Source of the DNA: Mobula hypostoma
Taxonomy: Eukaryota
DNA length: 64,000 nucleotides
Direction of reading: 5' to 3'
Assembly: GCF_963921235.1 (NCBI RefSeq)
Contig: NC_086097.1
Span: 43,836,001-43,900,000, forward strand
In this document: positions 24,966 to 37,929 of the stretch, one piece after another
Layout of the letters: each line of letters starts with the position of its first letter
Position numbering within the stretch: position 1 is the first letter of the stretch
The notes under the pieces: model-generated
What the model saw: the letters and a program-made list of their open reading frames with translations, nothing else
Told to the model about the DNA's origin: nothing
Database searches by the model: none
Translations under genes and position numbers: made by a program

Positions 24966-25513
24966 TACCCACAGTAGCTACTCTATTAGGAACCTCCTGT
25001 ATCTAATAAAATGGCCTCTAAGTGTAGGTTCATAGTCTTCTACCGCCGTAGTCCATCCACTTCAAGCTTTGATGTGTTGTGCATTCAGAGATGCTCTTCT
25101 ACACACCACTGTTGTAACATGCAGTTCTTTAAATTGCTGTCGCCTTCTGAACCAGTCTGGCCATTCTCCTTTGACCTCTCTCATTGACAAGGTGTTTTTA
25201 CAACCAGAACTGCAGCTTACTGGATGTTTTTTAATTTTTCGCACTATTCTCTATAAACTCTAGAGACTGTTGTGTGTGAAACTCCCAGGAGATCAGCAGT
25301 TTCTGAGATACTCACACCACTCCATCTGGCACCAACAATTATTCCACAGTCAAAGTCACTTAGTCATTTCTTCCCCATTCTGATGTTTGGTCTGAACAAC
25401 AGCTGAACCTCTTGACCATGCTGCATGCTTTTATCACTAAGTTGTCGCCACATGATTGGCTGATTAGATATTTGCACTAATGAACAGGTGTACCTCATAA
25501 AGTGGCCACTGAA
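24966..25513. mobile_element. Tc1-like non-autonomous DNA transposon (same family as 18240-18660)
   Basis: Right TIR gtacctcataaagtggccactga; degenerate left TIR; internal identity with the 18240 copy. Confidence 0.72.
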
Positions 25514-25524
25514 CATATGTTGGT

Positions 25525-25737
25525 AACACACATCAAAGTTGCTGGTGAACGCAGCAGGCCAGGCAGCATCTGTAGGAAGAGGTGCAGTCGATGTTTCAGG
25601 CCGAGACCCTTCGTCAGGGCAGCCTGAAACGTCGACTGTACCTCTTCCTACAGATGCTGCCTGGCCTGCTGCGTTCAACAGCAACTTTGATGTGTGTTGC
25701 TTGAATTTCCAGCATCTGCAGAATTCCTGTTGTTTGC
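25525..25737. mobile_element. Palindromic mini Penelope insertion with 14-bp TSD and hammerhead motif
   Basis: ~77-bp inverted arms 25525-25601 / 25622-25698; TSD gaacatatgttggt at 25511-25524 and 25738-25751; minus-strand CUGACGA-AGGGUCUCGGCCU-GAAA-CAUC-GACU. Confidence 0.9.
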
Positions 25738-26851
25738 GAACATATGTTGGTCTTCTGTTTTTCCTGCCAAAGTGGATAACTTCACATTTATACATATTCC
25801 TACTATCTTCTTCCTGTCTGTCAAACTATTCTCAATTCCTGCCAAAATATTACTACCATAACATATCTGTGGAAAATATTTCATAATCTACAGAATTTTG
25901 AAAATTTTTATCCTATACATTCAGTATTTCTGCAGTTAATTCCTTAGTACTCTGGGAAGCAAATTATCAGGCTCTGGGGATTTAGTGACTTTCAAAAGCA
26001 TTATAACCTCCAGCAGTATTTCTTTAGGGACAGTAATTTCCTCAACTTTATTGACTCTTGGTTCCCTGTCATTTCTGGAAAGTTACTTCTATCTTCTTCA
26101 GTGAATCAAAGTATTTGTTTAAATGTTTCGTAATTTCCCTGTTTCCCATTGTGAAATCTCCCATTTCTAAATATACATGACCTCACTTAACTTCCTCATT
26201 TTACATACAAGTGGAAGCGTAGAAGCATTTATAGCTTTCTTTTAAATTCCTTGCAAGTTTACTCTTAAATCTTTTTCTTGTTCTTATAAACTTTTTTTTT
26301 TGCTTTCTTTCACTTATATCTGAACCACTCTCAATTGCCAGGTTTGTAATTTTATATTACTTTGCTCTGGATCAATTGACTTTCCTTTAGTAATTTTACA
26401 ACAGGAAGGAATGTATAACTCTTATAGCCCCTGCATTTTTTCTAAAAGATAGCCATTGCTTACCTATATCATGTATTTTAATAAAAGTCTCCGGTCAACA
26501 CAATAACCTACACATAGACGAATTAACTTAAGCTATTTATTCATTAACCCTGATATTTGAGTTGAAGGTAACATACACTTCTCAGTAAATCCAATAGTGG
26601 CTTATTTTTCCTTCTGCAACATTACCTGCACGGTCTCCCTAATACTTACCCTTGGCTTCTTCCTCATTTACATGTTCCTTGCTGCATCATAGATGTGAGC
26701 CAAACACACATACATGTAGATTGCAAACAACTTCAACCTCCTTCAGGCGCTGTGGCTCATTGAAAGCACAATCCATTAGTTCAAAGACTTCTATTGAATT
26801 AAAGTTGAAGGCTAATAGCATATGCTGCACTTATACACATGGAGATTGGAA

Positions 26852-29146
26852 TGTATGGATCTGTTTCTTTTAGAGCGATGACTCCCCATAGCACTACGCA
26901 TTGATCTGTTGTCTACACATGCGTATTGATCAGTTGTATGTGCGTGTGCTTTGATTTCTCTCTCTCTCGTTGCAATATGAATATACCAGTTAAAGCTATC
27001 TCCCATGTGCATGCTTTTATTTAATTGATATGTAGTTGTACAGACACAACAAATAGGTGACAAGTATGAACCTGAATGTCAGAAAATATCACCAACAGTT
27101 AACGGCATGAAACAGCGAGAGGAAAGAGTGAAACAGTACTGAAGCTGTCACGGACGCTAACAAAGGGATGTGTGAGTACAGCATAGTACACAGTGAAAGA
27201 TGTGCAACGAGCAAATTTAAAGTGGAAATAGCATGGCGATGGCTTCAGTCAGGAAAGTTGACAAATTTGATCGTGCTAATGAAGGCTGAGAGTCATATAT
27301 TGAGGGGTTTGAATGTTTTGTAAGGTGAATGACATGGATGAGCAAAAGAAAACTCCCACACTTCTTAGCTTAATAGGGTTGCGTCTCTTACGCGACTTAG
27401 TAACCTCTACAAAGACAGCAAACAAGGTGTTTAATGAAATTGTTATAATTTTACAAAATCACTTGAGCCCTAATCTGCTGGTAATAGTTGAGAGATTTAG
27501 ATCTTACAAAAGGAAACAGTCAAAGGATGAAAGAATTTCTGAATACAAAGCAGAACTGTGCAGACTTTCCCAGTACTGTGACCTTAGAGGTGGAATTTCT
27601 GATGCATTAGGGACGGGCTTGTATGTGGCATGCGTAGTCAAACCACTCAGAAGATGCCTAGCTTTAGAATGGGCATTGACCATTGCAATATTGTTTGAGA
27701 CTGCAGCAAAGGAAGCAGCAGAACTACAAAAAAAGAGGCTAGAATGTGAGATACACAAAATGTCCTTGAATGGTGCAAAAAGCCAAAAATGTTGTCGATC
27801 TGGCAAATCTGCCTATGATGCAAATGACTGTTGGTTCAAAGAAAAAGTCTGCAGAGAGTGTCACAGATGAGGTCACATAGAGCAAGCGTGCAAGTCAGAC
27901 AAACTTTTCACTCAGTTGTGCTTTTTGTCTGACACAAAACCAAGCAAATGCATAAAGTGACTGAATATGAAACAGATTCAGACAACATGGAGTCCGACAA
28001 AGGTGAGCTGTCATGCCTAGAACTGCATAGTATTACTGAAGCAGATCACAACATCATATGGATCACAATGGACGTGGCTGGTGTAAAACTGAAAATGGAG
28101 CTGGACACAGGGCCAGCTTTGTCCATAATTTCAGATGCAGACTGTTTTCTAAGATACCATTAGAGAAGACCTCAGTGATGCTAAATACCTACTCGGACGA
28201 AAAAGTGTCTCCCAAAGGCAAACTGGAAGTAAACGTAACATATGGAGGCCAAACACAGCAGTTAGAGCTTTATGTGTTGAAAAGTGGGGGGCTAGTACTT
28301 TTTGAATGTGAATAGTTGAGAAAAATGCAACTAGACTGGCACTCAATCAAAGCTCACAGTGTAGCATCAACAGGCAACTGCAACCTCAATGGTAGCACTA
28401 ACCAGAGACGGGCACAGCTGCTTAAATGCTAGTCAGAAGGTGTTTGAGAAGGGAATAGATAAACAGATTGAAGACTTGGCCAAAAGCTTTGCCAGGATGC
28501 CAATAAGTTCAAGATGCACCCGCACAGGCACCGTTACACCTGTGGGAGTGGCTGTCGTCACTATGGCAAAGTGTTCATATTGACTTTGCTGGGCCATTCA
28601 TGAACCCAATGCTTCTGATTGCTATGGGTGCTCATTCAAAGTGACCGAAGTTTGTACCAATGAAGTCGGCTACCTCAGCAAAGACTGTCTCTGCCCTGAA
28701 GTCTATCGTCAACAAAAACAGCTCACCAGCACAACAGTGAGTGAAAACAGACCATAATACACATCAGAATTCCGACTGTTCACGAAGAAAGGTGGTATCA
28801 GACATTTCAAGTCAGCTCCTCACCACCCAGCAATGAATAGCTAAGCTGAAAGGCTTATCCAAACCTTCAAAGTCCATTAAAGCGATGGACAAGGGGGACT
28901 TTTCTCCACAGCACAAGGTGGGCAACTTCTTTTCTGTGTATCAGAACTCTGTTCATGTGATGACAAATCAAATACCTGCAATGCTGTTCATGAACAGGAA
29001 TCAGAGATCTCACATTGACCTCCTGAAACCAGATCTACAGAAGGAAGTGCAGAATAAACAATTTAACCAGTTGCCAAGTGAAGCAGCAAGGAGCTTTGAA
29101 ATTGGACAGGAAGCCCTAACGTGTGATTACTGAGAAGACAAATGAA
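26852..29146 (+). mobile_element. Gypsy-type LTR retrotransposon relic: putative 5' LTR, gag, protease, integrase; RT/RNase H absent
   Basis: LTR-like end ...acacaaca at 27051 then PBS-like aataggtgacaag; gag ORF 27313-27870 (ERFRSYKRKQ, Zn-knuckle remnants); protease MELDTGPALSII; integrase remnants VHIDFAGPF and SAPHHPAMN at ~28575-28850. Confidence 0.85.
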
Positions 29147-29815
29147 CTCCCCACCGATCTCCCTCCTGGCACTGTAAGCAGAACAAGTGCTACAAATGCC
29201 CTTACACTTCCTCCCTCACCACCATTCAGGGCCCCAGACAGTCCTTCCAGGTGAGGTGACACTTCACCTGTGAGTCGGCTGGGGTGATATACTGCGTCCG
29301 GTGCTCCCGATGTGGCCTTTTATATATTGGCGAGACCCGACGCAGACTGGGAGACCGTTTTGCTGAACACCTACGCTCTGTCCGCCAGAGAAAGCAGGAT
29401 CTCCCAGTGGTCACACATTTTAATTCCACGTCCCATTCCCATTCTGACGTGTCTATCCACGGCCTCCTCTACTGTAAAGATGAAGCCACACTCAGGTTGG
29501 AGGAACAACACCTTATATTCCGTCTGGGTAGCCTCCAACCTGATGGCATGAACATTGACTTCTCAAACTTCCGCTAATGCCCCACCTCCCCCTCGTACCC
29601 CATCCGTTATTTATTTTTATACACACATTCTTTCTCTCACTCTCCCTTTTCTCCCTCTGTCCCTCTGACTATACCCCTTGCCCATCCTCTGGGTCCCCCC
29701 CCAGTCTTTCTCCCCGGACCTCCTGTCCCATGATGCTCTCATATCCCCTTTGCCAATCACCTGTCCAGCTCTTGGCTCCATCCCTCCTCCTCCTGTCTTC
29801 TCCTATCATTTTGAT
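29147..29815 (+). mobile_element. Penelope-like element fragment (GIY-YIG endonuclease plus part of 3' UTR)
   Basis: ORF 29284-29577 IYCVRCSRCGLLYIGETRRRLGDRFAEH...GMNIDFSNFR; near-identical to 63417-64000. Confidence 0.92.
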
Positions 29816-30759
29816 GTCCATCTTTCCATTCTTTTCTAATGTTTCCTCTTTTAAGCTATTATTATCTATAACTTTCAATTTAATTTTTTAAGGGATACTC
29901 TGGTGCTTGGACCAACATCTCTTTCTTTTGGCACAAACTCTGTCTTCTTATCCAGGACTTCAGTTTCTTTACACCAATATTACAAAATGAATCACCCCAG
30001 AGACCTGTTCAATTCTAAGCTCAGGTTTTCACCTCAAGTTCAACATCCAAATCCATATTTTCACCATCAAAACAACTTTCAACATTCAATTCTGAAATAT
30101 TGCTTTCCTCCACCTCCCACCCCTGCCTTACCTCATGCACAGCCACGAACAGGACAGATTTTGCCGCTTCAAGTTTCAACCTGACCAACCACCCTTCATG
30201 CTCCATTAACTTCTGGTGTTGTACATAAATTGTGCCAAATTTCATTGACCTGCCATTTTACCCTTACCATGCCACATTGGCTCCCAAATGTTTAATGCCT
30301 CAGATTTAAATTTCAAATGTTCTCACTTAAATCCCCTCATGGTCTTTCACTTCTACAACTGTCAAACCTGTAGCTTTGGAATACCGCTCTTTTAAAACTT
30401 TCTCTCTGAGTGACGTAGCATCCTGATTTGGAAATGCATTATCTTTGCTTTAAATTTAAAGCTATCAGGGGAGCTTCTTCATTACAAAGACTACAAAGTT
30501 TCAAGGTGGCCGCTCACTAACATCTTCTTCGGTGTCTCTTTCTCATTCCTGAGAACGTTGACCTGAAACATAAACTGTTTTTCTCATTTCCCAGATGCTG
30601 CTTGGCTGTTCTTCCATTGTTTCTATTTTTGTTTCATATCCCAACATCTGCAATTTTATTTGTTTTCCATATCTATCCAAAATGCAATATTTTGTTATTA
30701 GATTAGAGCACATTTTTTTAAAACACTAATCGTTGTTTTGGAAACTAAGTCTGAGACTG

Positions 30760-30865
30760 TAACACACGTAAAATGCTGGAGGAACTCAGCAGGCCCGGCA
30801 GCGTCTATGGAAAAGAATAAACAGTTGACTTTTCGGGCCAAGATCCTTCATTGGGACTGGAAAAA
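30760..30865 (-). repeat. Penelope terminal fragment with decayed hammerhead
   Basis: aacacacgtaaaatgctggaggaactcagcagg...cagttgacttttcgggccaagatccttcattgggact. Confidence 0.7.
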
Positions 30866-32219
30866 AGACTTCAAATTTTAAGTTGCGTTATTTTTAAAAT
30901 ATGACAACAGAGTAAGAGATTTTGTTTTTTCACATCTGACAATAAATGTTACAAGATGTACAGAAGATTAATGTTATAAATATATCCTGTTCCCTTTTGG
31001 CAATGCTTGCACTATGAAGAATGTGAAAAATGGTGCCTATTGAAGTTTCTTACAACAAGCACCAGCTAATAATTATTGCTACTTAGCTCTCAGCCCCAAA
31101 TCTAACAACTAACGTGAGGTACTAAATGTCATTGAGTTGGACTTTGATTCCATTTCTCGGAAAGTCAAAGTGATGTGCCTTGCAGCAAAAATTATTCTGA
31201 AAATAAGATTACCTTTTGATGTTACTGCAGCTGGTGTTCTGCAAGGACAGCTAGTGCTATCCAAATGCTGTCCGCATTCTTCTTGCACTTCCAAGGGGAA
31301 AAGCCTTTCAAGGGGGATTTCTGCGCATACAGTATGTATGTATATGACCAAGTGAAGGTCTTCCAATGATTCATTGCTGAGCAGCAGGCTGCTCTCCAAA
31401 TCTGGACTGCCCATGGAAGGGAAAAGCCGAATGAGACTTGAGCAAGTTTGGTCATTAGATCTTCGTTATCTTTAGGGATGAACAAGCCGAGGACACCAAG
31501 TTCTTCATTGTCTCTGTACAAGTTTGTTGTATTGTTGGGCAATACTATCAATAACACTGGTTCAGTAAATTGTGTTTCATTTTGTTAGTTTTCCCTATAA
31601 ATCTCATTGTACGAGGGACAGAGTTCCAGATAATCACAGTGTATGGCAGAGGAATGGTTCTAAACGATGGACAAAGTTATATATTTGTGAAGGGTCTTGA
31701 AATGTCCTGAAAGCAGCTATGGAGAGCAGCAATTCCTCTTCATAGCTGCTGTCTGACTCGCTGAGTTTCTGCAGCATTTTCTGTAGGTTGCTCAGGATTT
31801 CAAGCATCTGCAGAACCTCATGTCTATGATTTCCCATCCCATTGAGATGTCTCTCTGAGGTATGCCTACCCTGAAGAAGTTTAAATCCTCTCTTCGACGA
31901 GCGTTCAGTGAGCCCCTCGTTTCATTGCTCCATCTTTGTGTTCTCTGCTTCTTTTTAGCTCTTGAACCACATACTTATCCAGACTTGCTGCCATAGCCAT
32001 GTATCCTTCCTGGGAACTTGCCTCTGTTGTCATCTTGTGCCACATGGCTTCCAGCTCCATTTCCAGGCCTCCCTGTATGGCCCCAGCAAGGACTTTCTCG
32101 ATCCCTTCGTCTCTATCTCCGGAGACGGAAGCAGAGAATCTGGAGGAAAGCCACATAGTCATGGTGAGAACATATGAATTGAACCCAGGTCACTGGTGCT
32201 ATGCTATCATGTCGGATTA

Positions 32220-32810
32220 AACAACATCTGCCATTTTTATGCCTACTTCACCAAACATTGACTTCTCTTTGCAGCTAAGGCTATTGTCAACACTATCAAC
32301 AACTTCATGGCCTCCCTGAATTTAATGATTCTGCATCCACATCCAAGTCACTACAAATGACATTTCTCCATAACAATCTCCCATTTGGGTTCATGTCAAA
32401 GACATTATTAAAACTGATATAACTCACATCTTCTGCCCTACTCTCAATGAAATATTTTGTCACCTCTTCAAAGAATTGAATCAAATTGGTCAGACAAATT
32501 CTCTCCTGACAAAGCAGGCTTTCCCTAATGAAGTCTTTGCCTTTCCGAATGATCATGAATCCTATCTCTCTGAATTTGTTGTAGTACCTCCCCTAACATT
32601 GACATTGGGCTCACAGATTTATAGTTAACAAGTGTTTCTCTATTGCCTTTCTCTAAAATGAGCCACATATGTAGCCCTTCAGTCACCTCACCAGTGTCTA
32701 GTGATATAAAAGTCTCTGCCAGAGCCACAGCAATCTCTTCCATTAAGTTCTCCAGCAACCTGCAATAAATCTCACCCACCTTAGGGAATTTATCCACTTT
32801 AAGCCTGCCT
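32220..32810 (-). mobile_element. Old CR1 RT fragment
   Basis: ORFs 32525-32797 (LVNYKSVS) and 32305-32556 (CLTNLIQFFEEVTK). Confidence 0.7.
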
Positions 32811-33884
32811 AGACATCAAATACAGGTAACTCCCATGTTATTGCCTATAGCTTTTGGCTGCATGCTCATACTGCATAAACTCTACTTTATTCTTACAGCA
32901 ATTATCTTAAGTATTCACCATTAGAGAATTCAAAAATCACGACCCAAAAATTTGAGAAATGGAATAAAATTCTCTCTCATGGCATTAGTGTGGGGAAAAA
33001 TAAATAAATGAATAATTTTTTCCCCAACTTGCATTTCTTGACACATGCACAGATGACATGGCTTGGTGTTACAGAAAATTGCAACACCGACTATTTTCTA
33101 GGAATGCAACAACCACTCCTTCACCCTGTGGGGCGGTGGGAGGGTCACCTATGTATCCTCTTTATTAATGAAAACCTTCGCCAGAATTTCAGTTTACCCC
33201 TTTTATTAAAGTCTGTTGCCTTTGTGACTACAGATGAAAAGTATTATTTTAGGGATTTACCTCTACCTTTTGGCTGCATGCTCAGACTGCATGAGCTCTA
33301 CTTTACTTTTACAGCCAATAATTATCTTAAAATGCACTCCGGTGTTCAGACTATCGCTTTACACAGTTTGTCCTTTCTAAATTTATCTTTGCTCTCAGCA
33401 AAGAGTTGCCTTTTGCCTATTACTTCTAGAAGTATGTTTCTACATACTTGACATGGCTGTTTGCCACTGCTATTCTCGAATCAGGCTCCATACGGCGAGC
33501 AGGAATTTTCAGATTTATGGCCAGAAATTCCCTTTGGAGTCAGGACTGGCAGCGGAAAACAAACAGCAAGGAGCGGAGCACAGTGATTTCCTTCTCAGAT
33601 CCCTTGGACACAAATTAGCTGTTTCAATGAGGAATTGCATTTAAATATTTTTCTTTTGCTAGCCAGGACATAAATTATACTTGCACATAAGCAAACCACA
33701 AATAGTTACATTTACCTGAAGGACAAAGCATTGAGAAATTGAGTCTTATGCATAAGCCTTTCATGGAAAGTGACAGGTAATCTGATTTTACAGTTAAAAT
33801 GAGTCGTAAATGTACTTTCCATCTGCCAAGACTTAGAACAGACTTAACTATCAAGGACAGGATTTTGCATCCTATTATGTGATA

Positions 33885-34635
33885 TAATAAGACCATAAGA
33901 CACAGAAGCACAAATAGGCCATTCGGCCCATCGGGTCTGCTCTGCTATTCCATTATGGTTGATTTATTACCCCTCTCAACCCCATGCTTCTGCCTTCTCC
34001 CCATAATCCATGACGTTCTGACTAATCAAGGACATATAAACCTCAGCCTTAAATATGCTCAATAACTTGGCCCCACAGCTGTCTGTGGCAATGAATTCCA
34101 CAAATTCACTATTTTCCGGCTAAAGAAATTCCTCCTCATCTCTGTTCTAAATGGATGTCCCTCTATTCCGAGGCTGTGCCCTCTGGTCCTAGACTTCCTC
34201 ATTATAGGAAGCATCCTCTCCACAGCCACTCTGTCTGGGCCTTTCTGTATTCAATAGGTTTCAACGAGATACCCCACATTCTTCTAATTTCATACATTAA
34301 CCCTTTCATTCCTGGAATCATTCTTGTGAACCTCCTCTGGACCCTCTCCAAAGACAACACATCTTTTCTTAGATAAGGGGCCCAAAACTGCTAACAATAC
34401 TCCACTCAGCCTGACCAATACCTTATAAAACTTCAGCATTTCATCCTTGTTCTCATATTCTAGTCCTCTTGAAATGAATAAAAATATTGCATTTGCCTTC
34501 CTCACCACCGACTCAACCTGCAAAATAACCTTTAGGAGATCTTGCACAAGGACTCCCAAATCCCTTTGCCCCTCTGATTTTTGAATTTTCTCCCATTTAG
34601 AAAATAGTCTACCCCTTTATTCCTTCTACCAAAGT
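33885..34635 (-). mobile_element. CR1 LINE 3' portion
   Basis: ORF 34290-34559 QVESVVRKANAI...GLEYENKD; tail ataagaccataagac; homologous to 11211-12000. Confidence 0.85.
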
Positions 34636-36687
34636 AATTGTCACCCATTTGATTTTGCCCCCATGTTATACTTCAACTCATCCCACTGACTACAATTTTG
34701 CCCTATCTGCTGCTTGTCCTTCCTCACATTCTCACTACACACTACATCTACTTGTATACCAACTGCCCCATCTTCAGCCCGATGATTCCGGTTCTCATCC
34801 CCTGCCAAGTTAGCTTAACTAATCCTCTTCCCAAAAGCCCTGGCAAAGTTATGCACAAGGATATTTAGTTCCCCTTGGGTTCAGGAGTAACCCATCCTTT
34901 TTGAACAGGTCAATTCTTCACCAATGTTCTAAAAATCTGAAACCTTGCCTCCTGCACAAATTCTTCAGCCATCCATTCACCTGCTAAGTCTTTCTCTTCT
35001 TACCCTCACTGGTGCATGGTAATGAGAATCCAATGTATAAAACGGAGAGTTGAAAACCTTTCCAAACCTGCATCTACCATCTCAAAGGACAAGGGAGCAG
35101 GCACAAGGAAATATCACCACATGTAGTTTCCCTTCAAGTAAAATACCATCCATTGTAGGAATGTATCACCATCTTGTAATCACTGCTGCGTCTAAATCCT
35201 GGGACTCCCCACCCATGGAAGGACGTTCAAGAAAATGGGTCACACTCATCTCATGAACACAAGGAAATGGGCGATAAATACAAGTTTTTTGCAGGGACAC
35301 ACTAATGCTGTAAAATAACTCAAAAGACAGGGTGCACTGTGTTGAGAGAAACAGAATTAAAATGTCATTTGATGGACTACCATCAGAACTGAAAGCAAAA
35401 TATTGCCGATGCTGGAAGTTGCAAATATACTAGATTTTGATCACATGGAAAAGAAGGGAAAGGGGTGGCAGTGAACGAAATAAAGGGGATTGTTCATGAT
35501 GGGATTAGTAAATGATGCGCAAGAAAGATTTAATAATTTAATGATAATACCCTACGATGTGCAATAAGAAATTACAAGAGAAGATGGAAATTGGAATCCC
35601 TTTTTGAGGAATTCTGAGAAAAAAATGGTGCATTAAATGACAGTTGATTTTGAGGGTTACCAGGAAGGAAATGTATCCAGCTTTCTGAATCAGCTGAGAA
35701 GCGTTTGAACCTTTAACAGTTAGGCAATGATGATAGTTCAACACAGGCCAATAAGCAAGTTGAAGAATTTTAACAGCAACATCTACACACTTTTTCTGTC
35801 TTTATGAAATAGAAAATAAATTTTGCTGGAACTTATGAGAGTAAGTGCAAATGTGACAAGGTAGATCTGTTGTAGGGAAAGAAACCTAATTACAAGTAAT
35901 TTAACTTTCTTATATTAAATTTTATTATGTAAATATTTTAATTCAGTATGGCTATTAGCAAGGAATTTAAATAATTTCCTTTCTATTTATGCATATTGTT
36001 ATTAAAAGATTGGAACTCAGGAAAAAGCTTCTGGAGTGGTTTGGGAACTTGGCTCACTACCACTCTTTCATGTGCAATTAAATGTATCAGAAAAATGGGC
36101 CTTGCCAGTGATATCCACATCCCAAAGAAATTAGAAAAATCTTTCGAAGTGTTTTCTTCTTTCAGATATTTCCTATTAAAGCTTATTTAAATAAAATACT
36201 TTCCTATAACAAACCTCTGCAATTGGTTAGAGAATTCATGCACTATCTGAGGCACAAGAAGCACAAATGATCGAGGCTTCATTGCCAGGCCATGCTAAAT
36301 TAGCTCATGCTAATTCTTTGGTAATTAAGTTCCATGATCTTGTTCGTTTTTCTATAGATATTTTCCACGACATGTTTAAAGAGATTTAAAAAAACAAGTG
36401 GCCTTCAAATGATTTGAAGTTAAGGAGGCAAGTTAAAGCAACATTAGAAAGTAGAGAAAGAAGAAAGTAGTTAGGTGGTGGGGAGAAAATTAAGCAAGCC
36501 AGAGGCTGGAAATGAAGAGAAAGGTAGACTATGATTAGAGGCTGATTAAGTTGCAAAATAGAGCAGTGCTAAGAAATACAATATGGCAGTGAAAATCCAC
36601 TCTGCTGGTTGGGAGGTAGGTCATGTATTGTGAGTGTCACAACTAGTACAGAGAGGAATTGAATTTAAAGCAAAGTGTAGCAAGGCT

Positions 36688-36889
36688 TTGTTGTTCTTCT
36701 CCATGCCTTTGGCACATTGGGTGGCAACCTTACCGTTTCTTTAGCTTTTGTCTTTTTTTTAATGACGCCGAGTTGCTAGCTGGAAGCTCAATCCAGCACG
36801 GATGGAAAGCATGAAAAGATCTGGCTGGATTCGAACCCAGGACCATTCTCCTTGAAGTCTGGTGCAGATGCCACTAACCACCAACGGGC
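36688..36889 (-). mobile_element. tRNA-derived SINE
   Basis: Minus-strand head gcccgttggtggttagtggcatc (A-box-like) and B box GGTTCGAATCC (36837-36827); (AAC)n-like tail; possible TSD gtagc(a/t)agg. Confidence 0.7.
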
Positions 36890-37929
36890 AAGTAGCTAGG
36901 CCGGAGTTACTCATATTTTATGGTAAACTTGTCAGGAATGGAGATTAGGAAAAAGATTCAGGATTCAGGAAACGCGAAGGATGAGGGAGAAAGTATGATG
37001 GAATGGAAGCTTAAGAAGGAAAGGGGAAGTTAGTGGACAGGGCATCTGTGGGAAAGGTCACAGGAAAATAAAGGGGAGGAGGATGGAGAAACTGCATAGG
37101 AGCAGTAGTAAGGAGAGAGCTGGGAATATAGCGGCTAAAGAGAGATGGCAGGTATCCATCGGACACCGGATTACAATCTGCTGACTAGGAAGAGAGATAT
37201 TCAGAATCAAGAATGGGAAGCAGAGTGTAGGAAGATAATGTAACCAACACCAAGTCAATATTAAATTGAGTACATAGATGAGATAGCTTTACATCCCAAT
37301 GTAACTATCCCAGTATGGCCCAACTACAGAACAGAACAAGAAAATGGGGATGCTTGGGTAAATGACATCTTATGAAGGGACAATCTGATAAGTTGCAAAC
37401 GCACAAACGGAACCTCTGATAATTAAGGAACAATAGTTTTGGTAACAACAGACCGGCACTAGCAGGAATTTGATGGGGCTAATTTGGATGAGGACTGAAT
37501 ATCAACATTCCCTCTAATAATTTTTATGTAGCTGCGCGGACCAACCACTGCTTTGAACAGGAAATTTTTACATGGCCTGAAAACTGCCAGGTACTTTAAA
37601 TGTTTAAATATTAAGAAAGTTCCAGCTGTGCGGCAACAAAGGCTATGTGCACGGGACCATTTCAGTTATTGCGTGGTCACACTCCCAGGCCGCTTAGAAG
37701 GAACAGTGTTGGATATGGCCATGTACTTGACAACTAAGAACCTAGCAATGTCTATAAGGAATGCGAAGGAATATACACAAGGGCACCTTGTGAGAATACC
37801 AGCAGCACTGAATCCAAACACTACAGACAAAAACCCAGAGACAAGGACTCAGGTAATAACTCATCAAGTTGATCCCCTGCTTGCTGTGTAATATCTGAAG
37901 ACAAGTAGTAGGTTTTGGAAGTTGTAAAA

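Noticed and set aside
25525..25698. Pre-miRNA or DNA-transposon MITE
   Set aside because: The arms match Penelope termini, the TSD is 14 bp, and junctions differ between copies. This fits inverted retroelement insertion.
26641..26820. Strong minus-strand donor (AAGG|GTAAGT at 26650)
   Set aside because: No extended open frame or clear acceptor upstream, and it lies beside the Gypsy LTR. It cannot be distinguished from chance.
31820..32162. ORFs 31905-32162 and 31999-32220 as host exons
   Set aside because: No recognisable product or splice context, and they are flanked by repeat debris. Probably an unclassified TE remnant.
36820..36889. tRNA gene
   Set aside because: It has A/B boxes but continues into a SINE body and simple-repeat tail, and no convincing full cloverleaf is seen.
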